IMG/VR virus record: IMGVR_UViG_3300033494_000001
Strand: one strand, 5' to 3'
DNA: 64,000 nt
Origin: a virus
Lineage: Duplodnaviria > Heunggongvirae > Uroviricota > Caudoviricetes
The notes beneath the pieces were generated by a model. It made no database searches and was not told where the DNA came from. It saw nothing but the letters and a program-made list of their open reading frames with translations. This document shows positions 1 to 12,948 of the stretch, piece by piece. The translations under genes were made by a program, and so were the position numbers. The stretch's first letter is position 1; each line of letters begins with the position of its first letter.

Positions 1-2
1 TT

Positions 3-263
3 GTTTATATTGAGCCTACTCCGAATGAAAATAATATGTATGATGCATGAATTTATAATGCACCATTACTTAAAAAAATATCCGTAATTGCTATTTTTAA
101 AGATCCAAGACAATTATTACAATATGATTGTTGTGCTGGAGATGAAATAGATAATTATTCATTTTTATCTGCTGAAATCAAGAAAAGACTTACAGAGAAG
201 AAAATTAGATATTACAGACAACTTTTACAACCACCTCAACCTAATACTCAAGCTCCACGATAA
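3..263 (+). CDS. C-terminal part of conserved crAss-like virion protein (probable ring/head-tail connector), 5'-truncated by window, TGA=Trp
   Basis: Open frame from window start with one in-frame TGA (DA-W-IYNAPLLKKISVIAIFKDPRQ...EIKKRLTEKKIRYYRQ), TAA at 261-263 overlapping the next ATG. Family call is from recall of crAss-like structural genes. Confidence 0.6.
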
Positions 264-967
264 TGGCACAATACTCTTTTCACACTGCATACACACAAGC
301 CCGTGAATTATATGGCTTGGAGCTTAATCCTGATGAATTTGAAACATTAGGAGTAATAGCATGAGATAAAATTGGAAACAAACAATATAAATTATATAAA
401 TATCAAGTAGAACCTACCCAAAATGATTTAAATGAATGGTATGTTGACCTTCCTTGTAATGTAGATATTATTGAGGCAGTTACTGCAGATTATGAAGATT
501 ATCAAAAAACTTCTAATCAACATTTAGCCGGACATACACAAAATGGATGGATTGAAGGTTATATTGAATCAAGAAAATATAATACAGGAACATTGTATTC
601 AGGTGGTAAATTTATTAAATATAGACAAGAAGGAAATCAATTAAAACTTTCAGACAAATTTAATAAAGTTAATATACTATATAAAGGTTTTGTTGCTGAT
701 GAAGATGGATTACCTTACTTATCTGCAAAAGAAGTAGATGCAATAGCAGCTTTCTGTGCATATGTAAGTGATTTTAAAGCAGCTAGATTAACTAGAGATG
801 CTAATACATTTCAAATGTCTCAAGTTATGGAACAAAAATGAAAAAGTTTATGTACACAAGCAAGAGTTCCTGAATATATTAATCAAAATGAAATGGATGA
901 AATCTTAAATGTATCTGTATCTTGAGATAGAAAAAGATTTGGTAAATCATTTAAACCAATTCGCTAA
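263..967 (+). CDS. crAss-like virion ring/tail-tubular-type protein, 234 aa, TGA=Trp
   Basis: ATG 263, in-frame TGA at 362, 839, 923, TAA 965-967. Contains track ORF 593..841. Motifs YVDLPCN, GLPYL, EMDEILNVSVSWDRKRFGKSFKP. Confidence 0.65.
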
Positions 968-979
968 GAAACATTATAC

Positions 980-2011
980 ATGAGAATGTTATTTAATCAT
1001 GGACTAACGACTGAGGAGTTGTTTACGAACACTCCTAAGTCGGTAGTTGATAGAAAATGAAGATGATTTATTACTAGGTATGGAAGTACTAACAGTTATG
1101 AAGATGCAATTTCCGATCCTTTTAAATATGCAATAGGATTAATATTACATTATGTTCTTGACAATAGAACTCGATTTGTAATTCCTTGTGTTTCAGAATC
1201 TTACATTGATTTTGAAATTGTTACAGGAGATATGTTTGAGGAACAAAGACAGAATGGACGATTCGGAGAGATTGATTTTATAGAATCAGATTTTACAGGA
1301 TATGCACTAAGATATTATTTTAAGACTAAGGCATATCAAAAGGCTTATCCAATCTATATGGGCGGTGAATTAAAGCAAAAATTTTTAACAGGGATTAATT
1401 CTGGAGTCAAATATTACAGTATTAAAGATGTAACAATTAATGATTTTTTGCCAAAAATTCATGAAAAATTTTCAGAATTATCCAAGATTGAAGTCAAAAA
1501 ATTAGTGCTACACGGATTTAGACGCATGCACAGCGCAATAAAATATGGATGTGCAATATCTATCCAAACGAAAAAAAAAATTAACTGCGTGGCTCATATT
1601 GGAGCAATATATTTAAAACCTGATAAGCAGATTAAAGAGTATAGTATTCGTCGTGATAAAAAATTACGAAAGATAGAAGGATGAAAACGACCACCATTTG
1701 ATGGTTATTATTATATCGGATTAAATGATGTTGCATTTGAAAGATGGGCAGAAGCTAATAAAAAAGCAAGAACTATTTTACATTTTACCAACATAATACC
1801 AAGAAGAATTAAAGAAGAAATATATTATAAAGCAAAGCATTTATATGTATTTAGATTTAAAAGAAAAGATTTTAAAGGATGATCTTATTGAGCTGAGCAG
1901 CTTAAATTAAGAGATGTAGAATATATTGGAGAGGCTTTAGACAGACAATTTACTGCTTCTACTATCACATGAAAACAATTAATAAAAGAATATGAGACAA
2001 GAAGCAGTTAA
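980..2011 (+). CDS. IHF/HU-like domain protein of the crAss-like structural block, 343 aa, TGA=Trp
   Basis: ATG 980 to TAA 2009-2011 with 6 in-frame TGA. Contains track ORF 1232..1684. HU/IHF-like helices (IHEKFSELSKIEVKKLVLHGF). Position matches the IHF-like gene preceding tail genes in crAss-like phages. Confidence 0.55.
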
Positions 2012-4235
2012 TACTTTTGAAGGTGGGGTTAATTACGACCTTAATCCTTTAACAACTCCGGCTAATATACTTACAGATGCTATAAATAGTGGATTTATCA
2101 CTTTTAATGGAGATGAACTAGCTTTACAAACAGATGCAGGTAATACTACAATAAAATATTTAGAAACTGATGTACATTTAACACAAGGATTTTATCCTTT
2201 AGGAATTAAAGAATATGGCGGAGTATTGTATATTATATCAGGAAAACACCCTACTAATACAACCTCTTTATATGATACAGAAGTACCTTATGCAGTAGGA
2301 GATATTGTTTATAATACAATTTTAGATGTTGATTATTATTTTGAATGTTTAACTGCAGGAGGAAATAATCTTCCAACTTCTACAATAAGTGATGAAAATT
2401 GGTTATATATAGGAATTGAAAAAGATTTTATTAATAAATATGGAAGTGTAGAATTTGGAAGTTATCCAAGTCCTGAAATAATTAATGCTGATATATTTGA
2501 TACCTCAGTAGATTTTGATTTAGTAAACGAAATTGCTACTCCTGGAGAAGAATTTAAATTAGAATTATACAAACCTAAAATAATAAATAGATCTATATTT
2601 AGAGCCGGTGTTTATGTTAATTTTCATAAAGTTATAGGAAGTACATTAGTTACTGATAATATTTCTTATGATGCGTTTACATACGATGTCACAAATAAAG
2701 TAGCTACTAAGAATCCAGCAAGTTATAAAAATATTTATAAAGTTAAATTATATCATCAATTAACAAATGGATATATAGATTTAACAGACAATGTTTGGGA
2801 ACAATATGCTAAATATGTTGGTCAAAATGATGCAGAAGATTTAAACATGACTGGACCTCCACGATTTTGATTTAATGATAATAATTTTAATTACCATTGT
2901 CCTCATAATTTTAAAGGTAAATTAGTTACGTCTGTTGAATTAGAAGAATTAGATGTATTTAAATTATCTTCAATAAGAGTTGATTATACCGATCCTAATT
3001 ATGAAGTTAATTTTGGTTTAACATATACAGAAACTGCACAATGAAATCAAGGAATTTCTCCGAATACTTGTACAATTTATTATACTTCTGACGGCAGTGA
3101 ACCTAATACACAAGAAGTTGTTTTAACTACAACAGTATTAACTAATCAAGATGTAACATCATTTATAATAAGTTTTGATGATACTATTCCTGGAACTTAC
3201 AATGGAAAAACTATGAGATATAAAATTATTCCTGATTTTTATTTTGATGGAGTAGAAATTGATAAAGTTGATATTCCACAACAATTTCTTGATTTACATA
3301 CAATTGTAGGAAGTCAATTAATTACAAGTGAAATGGCAGGAGTTAAATTTATTACTCAACCTGCTACTAATTTATGTGAAGTAGGAAATACAGGATATAG
3401 AATTGCTGATTATCTTGATTTAGTTAATAACAATGATGAAAATCTTGATAGTAATTTAGATCCTGCAGGAACTGACGTTTATCAATTTTATAATGATAAT
3501 ATTACTCCTAATGTAGGAGGAAATTATTTAGGAAGTTATACAATAGGATTAACTGGTTTGGCTGAATTAGCCTCTGAAGGTCCAATAATGTTAAACTCTA
3601 ATATTCGAGATTATGTTATTAGCTTATTAGAAGCAACTCTTGTTAAAGTTTATGATGTTACTTGTACAACTGTAATTTTAACTGTAAATGTTAATGCTAC
3701 TTATGGAGCAACAATACCAATTACTGTAATGCAAGGAGCTACTTCAATAGTAGGAACTGCAACAGGACCTACTACCTTTACATTCCCTATACTTCCAGGA
3801 GTAAATTACACTATTAGTCCTAGTTCGTCTATGAATGGAATAATTGATGCTTATGATTATATAGGTAATACTTTAGTTGATGAAGAAATTACTTATGGAT
3901 TTGTAATTGATTTACATATGATTGGAAATCCTATAGTACCTGGTGGTACAGATTATGAAGATTTCTTTACTGTAAATGTTCCAATAGGTTCTTTAAATAT
4001 TAGTTTTACTAATTTTACAAATGAACAAACTAATGTAACATTTTCCCCAACTACAGAAAATGTTAATATAGTTGGAGGAGAAAGTGATGTTGTATTTAGT
4101 TATGATTCAACTTTAGGAGATCCAACTTATTTAGTAACGTTTTCATCTGCTGCAGTTCAAACAACTTATATTAATATAGCAGATTCTGTAGTACTTATAG
4201 GTGATGCAATACTCTTAGAAACTTATACACTTTAA
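1992..4235 (+). CDS. crAss-like tail protein, 747 aa, with CBM-like insert and Thr/Val/Ile-rich C-terminal beta domains, TGA=Trp
   Basis: Track ORFs 1992..2870 and 3213..4235 are in one frame joined through 2 TGA. N-terminal motifs NTFEGG-DLNPLTTP-LTDAIN-FITFNGDELALQTDAGN and GIKEYGGVLYI are typical of crAss-like tail genes. Confidence 0.65.
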
Positions 4236-4246
4236 TAATTATACTG

Positions 4247-7200
4247 ATGCCTTTACCCTTAATAACAATACATTTGGATAATGCAATGTACGGATTCCCT
4301 CTTGAAGGGAATCTCGTATATCAGTATAATCCATTCCAAAACTTACAAAATCCTAATCCAAGTGAAGATAATTCATCAGGATTAGTTGCATTAAGTATAA
4401 ATAGTCAAAAAGCAGGAATTAATATTACTGAACCAGTTACAATAGAAACTGAAGTATCTTATGATGATTCTATAAATTTGATTATAACAGATCAAGTAAA
4501 TCCTCCTAAAATAGTTAATTCAAGATTTTACCAAACTAATACTATGACTTATTCAGTTGCAGATAGAAAAGGTAATCTTGATACTAATATTTATTCAGAA
4601 GAGAATTTTAAAATAGAAGCTGGATTAGTAAAATCAATTAGAACTATTTCTACAATAGACTTCTTAGGAATAAAAGATGGAGGTCTTATGAAAATAGGAA
4701 ACTATACATTCTATTTTAGATTAGCAGATTCTGATGGAAATGAATCAGATTTTATTGCTGAATCAGGAAAAGTAGTTTGTCATATAGGTTCAATTAATAC
4801 TCCAAGAGCTATTCGTGGTGGACAACAAGATGAAATTAGTTATAAACTTATTAAATTTAAAATTAATAATTTAGACTTAGCTTATGATTATGTAAATGTT
4901 TATTATACAAGATCAACAGGTGATGGAGATCAAGAAATAGTAAAAGCTTATAAAATCAATGATAAGTTTAAAATAACTAATAGAGATATTGATTTAACTA
5001 TTACAGGATACGAAAACCACGAAGAAATATCAATAGATGATATTAATGTTCAATATGCTAATTTTGATTCAGTTAAAACTTTACCTAATTGTCAAAATAT
5101 TACTTTTGCAGGTAATGTTACAAATGATTATGAACTATTTAAAACTCTTGAAAAATATAGTTTACATATTACTCCAAAAGTAGTATACGATACAGAAGGA
5201 ATTGGCAATCTTGATAACTTATATAATGAAGCTTATTTAAATAATGGATATGAATATTTTAATGCTAAAAATATTTATTATAAATTAGGATATTGAGATG
5301 AAGAAATATATAGAGTTGGAGTAGTTTATATTCTTAATAATTATACTTTATCTCCTGTATTTAATATTAGAGGTATTAAATCTCTTGATACTGCTACTAT
5401 GTTTACTTCATTTGCATTAAATGCTCCAATTAATTATGGAGAAGATTATATCTTTGAAACAACTGATGATCCATTAAATCCGGAAAATGCTAAAGGAGTA
5501 TTCAAGATTGATTGTAACACATATAATATGTTCAATCGAACAGATACTATAAAACCTTTAGGATTACAATTCTTATTTAATGATAATGTAATTCCTGGAG
5601 ATGGAAAGTTTATAGATGGATTACAAGATTTAACTAAAGGATTTTTCTTTGTTAGACAGAAACGTATTCCTACAATATTAGCTCAAGGAGTTGGTATAGG
5701 AACAAGTAAGAAAGCTAACATCCCTTTACTTAAAGGTACTAAATCTAGTAAGTCTTTAAGTTATAATTATTTTGCAGAATCATTTATAAAACCAAGTGGA
5801 GCAAGTCAAATATTAGGTGGCGATTTATTTAAAGTAGAAAATGCAGATGTATGGCAAAATGCTTTACTATGTCCTGAGGCCTGTGTTAAAACTACAACTT
5901 TTAATACATTCTTTAATTCTTCTGAATATTTCCTAAAACAATTTAAATATAGACCTACATCTGATGTTTTTAATAACTATGAATCGGATAGAGATAGTTT
6001 TGCACTTAAAAATTTACAGTCAAATGTAACTAATTTACAATCATTTAATTCGGAATTAACTTTAGTTGAACCAGGAATTGAATTAATTAGAAATAATACC
6101 TATGATTTCTGTTCTAAAGCAGGTGATGCAATCATTGCTTATAAGCATGTTGATCCAAATCTTGGTAATTATGAAGATTTAACTACTTCAAGTACAACTG
6201 ATTGAAATGGAACTACTTCTAAAGTAAGAGGTGAATTTAATACCTTTATAGGATGTAGTACTAACAATATTACTGCAGGATTATATTATAATATATTTCA
6301 AAAAGATTATAATTTTGAAAATTATTGAAAAGAATATTTCTTATTAAGATATAATGATGCAAGTCCTTTCTTACCTATAAGTGATAGAACAAGCTGAACT
6401 GATATAAATATTGATGGAACAGAATATTCTTCGGATTACATATTCAGAGGAGACTGTTATATAAATACTTATACACATAGAATGCATTGGAATTTCATAG
6501 ATACTGAACTTCCTACTAATAAAAGAATTGTTGACCCTTATACATGGGCAAAACATTTCAAAATTAAAAGTAAAGCATCGGTTCAAGTAATTGATAATAA
6601 TGGAAATCCACAAGAGTTAGCTACTGCAGTTGCCTTAACTTACCATAAACTTCTACTTTTATTTACATATAAAAATGTATTTGAGCCTGAGTGAAAAGAC
6701 GATCTTGGTACTGGAACAGATACAGCTTCATATACAGGTATATTAGAATCCGATCAAAAGAAGTTTAAAAAATATTCAGAAAGAAATGGATTATTTGGAG
6801 CTGAAAAAATTAACAAACCTGATATAAATGCAGTAGGTTTAGGACATTGGGCAACATTTAAAATTTGCAGTAATGTAAATTTAGCAATGAGAGATTTAGA
6901 TTTCTCACGACCAATGGAAGAAGCTCTACATAGACAAAAAAGAGGATTCTATCCTTTACAATCTATGGATAAAAACAATCACTTACCTGAATCAAATGTA
7001 ATTAACAATGGAATAAGTAAAACATTAGGAGATAAATACTATTTTGAAATTCCTGATGTACCATTCATTAAAACAAATTTTGCCACACGTATTTTCTATT
7101 CTAATGTATTACAAAACTCTATATTTACTAATGGAAATAGAGTGTTTGAATCTAAAAATTATTTAGATTATACAAGAGAATATGGAAGTTTAGTAAAATT

Positions 7201-8530
7201 AGTAGAATGATATGGAAAACTAATTGCTGTTATGGAACATGGAGTTTTACTAATTCCTGTTAATGAAAGAGCAATGATGACTAATGCACAAGGTGAGAAT
7301 GTTTACATTAATACTGCAACTGTACTTCCTCAAAATCCGAAAGTACTATCTAATACATTTGGAAGTTTATGACCAGAATCCATTACTAAAACATCAAGAT
7401 TTATTTATGGAATTGATTCTGTTGGTAAAAAAATATGAAGAACTGACGGAGAAACTTTTGAAAATATATCTGATTTAAAAGTTCAAAAGTTTTTAAATGA
7501 TAATATTAATTTACGAGAATCTGATAAAGATAGAAGTGTTAATGTTAATTTTATAAAAACACATTATAATGCTTTTAAACATGATATTATGTTTGTGTTT
7601 AGATATAATGATAAAGTATGAAATTTATGTTGAAATGAGCTTTTACAAAAGTGAACAACTCAGTATACATGAATTCCGGAGTTTTCAGAAAATATTAATA
7701 ATCTTTTTTATACCTTTGCAAATCAAACTAAACATACTTCCGCAAGTAATAAATTGTATAAGCATGGGTTCGCTGGAGTAGTAGAAGAAGCCGGAAATAT
7801 TCTTCCTGCTTACTGATATGATGAACAACATCCATTTGAATATGAATTTGTTGTAGCTACTATTCCAGGAGTACAAAAAATCTTTAATAATTTAAAGATT
7901 ATATCTAACTTAGTTGAACCCGATTCATTCTATTACGAAATAGTTGGTGAAGGATTTGATTGATTCAGTTACAAAGACTTAATTGTTAAATTAAATGATG
8001 TAACTTTAGCAACAATTGATGGGGTAACATTAACAACTTACACAACAGTAGCTACTGAAGACAATGTTAAGTTAAGATATAAAGAATATTTAACTGATAA
8101 AACTGATGTTAAAAAACTTCCTTATATTTTCTTACAATCATTTGATGTTAATAATCCATTATCATTCTTTAAAACAAGAACTAAACCAACTCCAGGAACA
8201 GCTTATAATATGTCTACTTTAAGAGATTTAACTATTAGAGAACATAACAAAACTAAAGAAAAATTAGTAGATAGTTATCAAATGGGTATGGACATAAAGA
8301 AGTATGGAAGAATGAAAGGTAATATGCAATATTTAGAAGATGCGTGAGATGTACAAATACAGCCAATAAGTTTCCCTTATTGTTATATTAGTGCTTCTAC
8401 ATTAATGTTTCTTCCTAATAAGGAAATGAGAATAAGGGACAAATATATTAAAATAAGAGTCAAATATGATGGTAGCAAATACGCAATAGTAAATGCTATT
8501 CGTTCTAATTTTGCGGTAAGTTTTGCATAA
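4247..8530 (+). CDS. Tail muzzle/'tail stabilization'-like protein, 1427 aa, TGA=Trp
   Basis: Single frame from ATG 4247 to TAA 8528-8530 through 15 TGA. Motifs GNLVYQYNPF, SYDDSINLI, GYWDEEIYRVGVVYI-LSPVFNIRG, RGDCYINTYTHRM, WNLCWNELLQKWTTQYTWIP. Size and position fit the crAss-like muzzle family. Confidence 0.7.
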
Positions 8531-8531
8531 T

Positions 8532-9761
8532 ATGAAGAAAAAATTAATTAAAAAACATCAACGAGGAGATAATATATGAGCTCCTCAACAAAACCTTTTA
8601 ACAGGAATAGAAGATATAACAAATTTCTTTAATAAGAATGTTACATCTTCTGTTCCTCAACAGAGGAGTACAGTATCATTAATGCAACCAAAATCTACCA
8701 ATCCTGTTGTTTCTTCAATGTTTCCTAAACAATTAAGTGATACAGCTAAAATGTTTCAACCTGGAGGTGGAAATCTTTCAGGAAAAGGAACTGGATTTTT
8801 AGATAGCTTAAAAGGTATGGGAACAGAGATTGCAGGAAGTGCTCCTGAATTAATAGACGCCGGATTAGGTGCTTTAGGAGTAAAGAGAGCAGACGCTAAT
8901 TTAGCACGTGGTGCAGCAGGTTTTGATAAAGGTGCTAGTACAGCATTTAAAGTTGCTATGAAAACAGGAAATCCTTGAGCAATTGCAGCAACAGGAATTG
9001 TTGCAGGATTAAGTAAAATTAATATGTATGGTGGAAAAACTCTTAAGAGTTCTGGAACCGATGCTATTAATATGAAAGGTTATACTCCTGGAATGGAAAC
9101 AGCAGGTAAATTTGCAATAACAGGAAGTGGAAAGAAATATGATAGATATGCAAAACAGAATAAGAATATAGCAAATACTAATTTATTAAAAGGTAATGCT
9201 TCTTATGGAGATTCACAAAATCAGCTGGCTGCTTCAAATAGTTATGGTGATATTGCTACTAAAAACTATCAACAATTACAAGGAGGAATTAATCCTAATG
9301 TCCTTTCCGCTAAAAAAGGAGGAACTATTAATCCTGCAAAACTTTCTAATATAAAGAAAAAAGCTTTAAGAAATGTTAAGAAAGCCCAAGAAGGAAGTAT
9401 GGCAATAAATACTACAACTTTAGCTTTAGGTGGTAAAGTTAATATAATTCCTGAAGGCGCTTTACATGCACATAAAAATCATTATGAAGGTGACCTTGCA
9501 GAACAAGTTACATCAAAAGGTATTCCTGTTATTACTTATGAAGAAGGCGATAAAATCGTTCAACATGCAGAAATAGAAAGAAATGAAGTTATATTTCATA
9601 TAGACACTACTAAGCAATTAGAAGAATGATTTAAAGAATATAATGATACAGAAGATACTAAAAAGAAAGCAGAATTAGAAATAGAATGTGGTAAATTTTT
9701 AGTTGAAGAAATTTTAGAGAATACTTTAGACAAGACTGGACTTTTGGAGGAAGTTAACTAA
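8532..9761 (+). CDS. Virion cargo-type protein, 409 aa, TGA=Trp
   Basis: ATG 8532, TGA at 8577, 8976, 9627, TAA 9759-9761. Gly/Ala-rich middle. C-terminal GGKVNIIPEGALHAHKNH...KGIPVI...QHAEIERNEVIF...ECGKFLVEEILENT. Confidence 0.6.
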
Positions 9762-12010
9762 TGAAATATATACCTAAATATCAAAGACCTTTTTCTCCTT
9801 TAGTTACAATTCAAGATAATACAAGAACGGTATATCCACAACAAGCTTTAATACAATTACAACAAGGACTTAGGGATAATCAAAAAGAGCAGGATTATCA
9901 AACAGCAATAAAAACTAAATCTGAAGTTGCTTTTAAGGAAAAGTATAAACAATCACCTCATAGGTATAAATATGATACAGACCCTCAATATAAAGCACAA
10001 ACTGATAAGCAAGGAAAAGTATCAGCAAAAGAAAATGGAGCAATAGATTTACCATCTTCTGATTTAAGAAGAAAAGATGTTGTTAATCCTGCAAATATGT
10101 GAATGTATCCTAACTTAACTGGAGAATCTAATAGACAGGCTACAAATTTTTCTAATGAAGTTATAGGTGCTGCTCTTCCAATCCTATTAATTAATAAAGT
10201 GGGAAAATTGCCAGGAATAACTGATAAAGTTATAAACTCAACATTAGCAGCAGGAAAAAATTTAGTTAATCCCGCCGAACGTTTATTAACTGAACAGGAG
10301 TTACTAAAATTAAATCAAACATTAGACAAAAAAGGCATTCTTCCACAACAGAAAACTTTTAATTGACCATGAAAAGAACCAATAAGAAAAGCAATAGAAC
10401 CCTTTGGTTATGGCAGTGCTCAAGGTGGCATGACAATTACTGGTGGTAAATTTAGTGATTTAAAGGGAGCCATCTTTGGAGGAAAAAATCCAAGTTATGT
10501 CAGTTCTAAGGAATGATTAAAAATTCTTAGTGGATATGATGATGATATAGCAGTGGCTTTTAAAAACTTAAGACAAAAGAAATTATCAGGAACTGAATAC
10601 GAAGATGCTATAAATAATTTAATAGAAAGTACTGGACAAAGAAGATCATCAGTAATTAGTGAGCCAAATATTAAAAAGGCTTTAAATAATAGGGATAAAT
10701 TAAGAATACGACCAATTGATCCTTTGGCTCCCAAGGAATTTTCTAATACCTCTCCCATAAAATTAAATAATAGGTATACAACTTGAGATATGTATTTGGG
10801 AAAACCTCAAATTAAACACCCAATGTATACCGTAAGTCCTTTAAGTACTAATAAGAAAACTGTTTATACAATTAAACCAGAATTTACAAATAAAGCTGCA
10901 ATTGAAAGAGAATTAAAAGAAAATATTAATTTAGTTGCCAATAAAGATTCTAATTTAGGGAGATGAAATATATTAACTGATAATAGAACTAAGGACTATA
11001 CATTATTAGATTCAGATGCATCTTATTTTGGCACTATGGGTGGATTTAACTGAAAATTTAAACCTTTAGAAAATGGAAATGTACAAGCAATTGCAAATGA
11101 TATATGAGATTTAAATCCTTATCAGCAATTTAAAATTAAACAAAAATGAGTTCCTCAAGTAATTAAGAATAAAATTGAACCATTAGTACAAAAAATTGAA
11201 GTAGGAAAACTGTTAGGTATAGGAAAACCCTTAGATGTAAGAGTTGGATTTGAATTTGATAAGACTGGAAACATAATTAAACAATTTAAATGTGGAGGAA
11301 ATATGAAATATCAAATAAAATCTAAAACAAAGAAACAAAAACTCCAAGATGGAGCACAAGTTCAATATAATGATGCTATTAAGAATAAAAGACTGATTAA
11401 AAAAGGTCAAACTGGCTTAAAAGTAATATCTGGACCAACAGTATATAGTAGAAATGACCCTGCTTATAAAGCATATCAGGATAGTTTATCTGAATATAAT
11501 TATGGTGTGAAATTTCAACAAGATAATCCTGACTTTGATAGATATTCAATTAATGAATATCTTAATAATCCTTATATTCCATCAATTATTAAAAATAATT
11601 TTATAAGAAATAAGAATAAACCTATAGGTGTTATGGCAGACCCTAAGTTTAGTCATGTTGGAGCTATATATAAAAAGCCTACTAATCCTATTACATTAGC
11701 ACAAGTACCAAAGTTACAACCTAAACTTAATCAATCTTCTAATACCAATCTTTTACAACCAAGACAAACTCCTGAATTATCTTATCCTATTGATAAAAAA
11801 TTACTTAGTTCGAGAGGAGTATATATAAATGCGGGAAATAATGATGCTAATCATCAAGGAGAAGGAATGTACACTATTAATACTTATGATGATGGCAGTT
11901 CTGATAAAATAAAATCTATTAAAAGAAAATCTTCTGACTTAATTGTTAAAAAACAAATAGGAGGGAAATTACCCGATATAACTAATATACTTGCTCAATG
12001 AAAAAAATAA
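9761..12010 (+). CDS. Hypothetical late/cargo-block protein, 749 aa, TGA=Trp
   Basis: Track ORFs 9761, 10103, 10553 and 11303 are in one frame joined by TGA (10 total). First non-TGA stop is TAA 12008-12010. An internal start at 11303 cannot be excluded. Confidence 0.55.
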
Positions 12011-12579
12011 AAATACAAATAGCTGATAAGCAATACACGGTTGAATTAGCTGAATCTGAGGAAGAACAAGAAGAAGGATTACAAGGACGAATTGAATTAC
12101 AAGAAGGAACAGGAATGTTATTTATGTTTGATAAAAATGAAGTTCGAGGATTCTGAATGAAAGATACAGAAATTCCTTTAGATATTATCTTTATAGATGA
12201 TGAATTAGAAGTAACAGCAGTTTACGAAGGAAAACCAAATGATATTACTTTATTAGAAGCTGAATGTACTTATGTATTAGAAGTAAATCAAAAATCAGGT
12301 ATTAAAGAAGGCGATGAGTTAGACTTTGAACCTGATAATAAACAAATAAAAAAGACAGATAAGATGTTAGTGTTAGATTCTAGTGGAGAAACACAGATGG
12401 AATTAGATGGCGGTGAGAGAATTTTTTCTCGCAAGAATACTAAAACATTAATTAAATTCGCTAAGAAAGCAGCAACAACAGAAAAGGAGAATGATTATAA
12501 AGCATTAGGAAAAAGAATGTTTAAATTTTTGCAGGTACAATCAGAAACTCCTGCAGAGTATGTAGAATCCAAAAATTAA
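11998..12579 (+). CDS. DUF192-family protein with C-terminal extension, 193 aa, TGA=Trp
   Basis: VELAESEEEQEEGLQGR...GMLFMF...GF[TGA]MKDTEIPLDIIFID matches the DUF192 signature FWMKxTxIPLDIIF. The Trp is TGA at 12154-12156. Confidence 0.85.
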
Positions 12580-12587
12580 TTAAAACA

Positions 12588-12878
12588 ATGATTGTAAAAA
12601 AATTACAAATGGGTGGACCAGCTCCTGAAGCGGCACCTCAAGGTGGTGCACCTGCACCTGAACAAGGCGGACAACCTCAAGGTGGTGGACCAGAAGAACA
12701 AATTGCTGCAATGGCACAACAGATTATTCAACAATTAGGTCCTGAAGCAGCAGCAATGCTAGCTCAGATTATAATGCAGATGTTACAAGGCGCCGCAGGA
12801 GGTGGAGAAGAAGCTTCACAAGGCGAACCTGTATACGCTAAAAAAGGCGGAAAATTAGTTTTAATAGGCAGAAAATAA
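12588..12878 (+). CDS. Small Gly/Gln/Ala/Pro-rich crAss-like protein, 96 aa
   Basis: Intact ORF, no Trp codon. Starts MIVKKLQMGG and ends PVYAKKGGKLVLIGRK. Confidence 0.75.
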   Translation: MIVKKLQMGGPAPEAAPQGGAPAPEQGGQPQGGGPEEQIAAMAQQIIQQLGPEAAAMLAQIIMQMLQGAAGGGEEASQGEPVYAKKGGKLVLIGRK

Positions 12879-12888
12879 GCCTACCTCT

Positions 12889-12927
12889 AAAGGGAAGCAG
12901 AATTATCTGTCTTCCCTTTATTTCTTT
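12889..12927 (+). terminator. Intrinsic-terminator-like hairpin inside the late block
   Basis: AAAGGGAAG-CAGA/ATTA/TCTG-T-CTTCCCTTT followed by ATTTCTTT, 10 nt after the 12878 stop. Confidence 0.55.
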
Positions 12928-12948
12928 AAATAATAAAAACACAAATAT

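Noticed and set aside
12588-12878. Only complete late gene without TGA, as a possible code-independent regulator
   Set aside because: A 96-aa low-complexity protein with no Trp at all, so absence of TGA is expected by chance.
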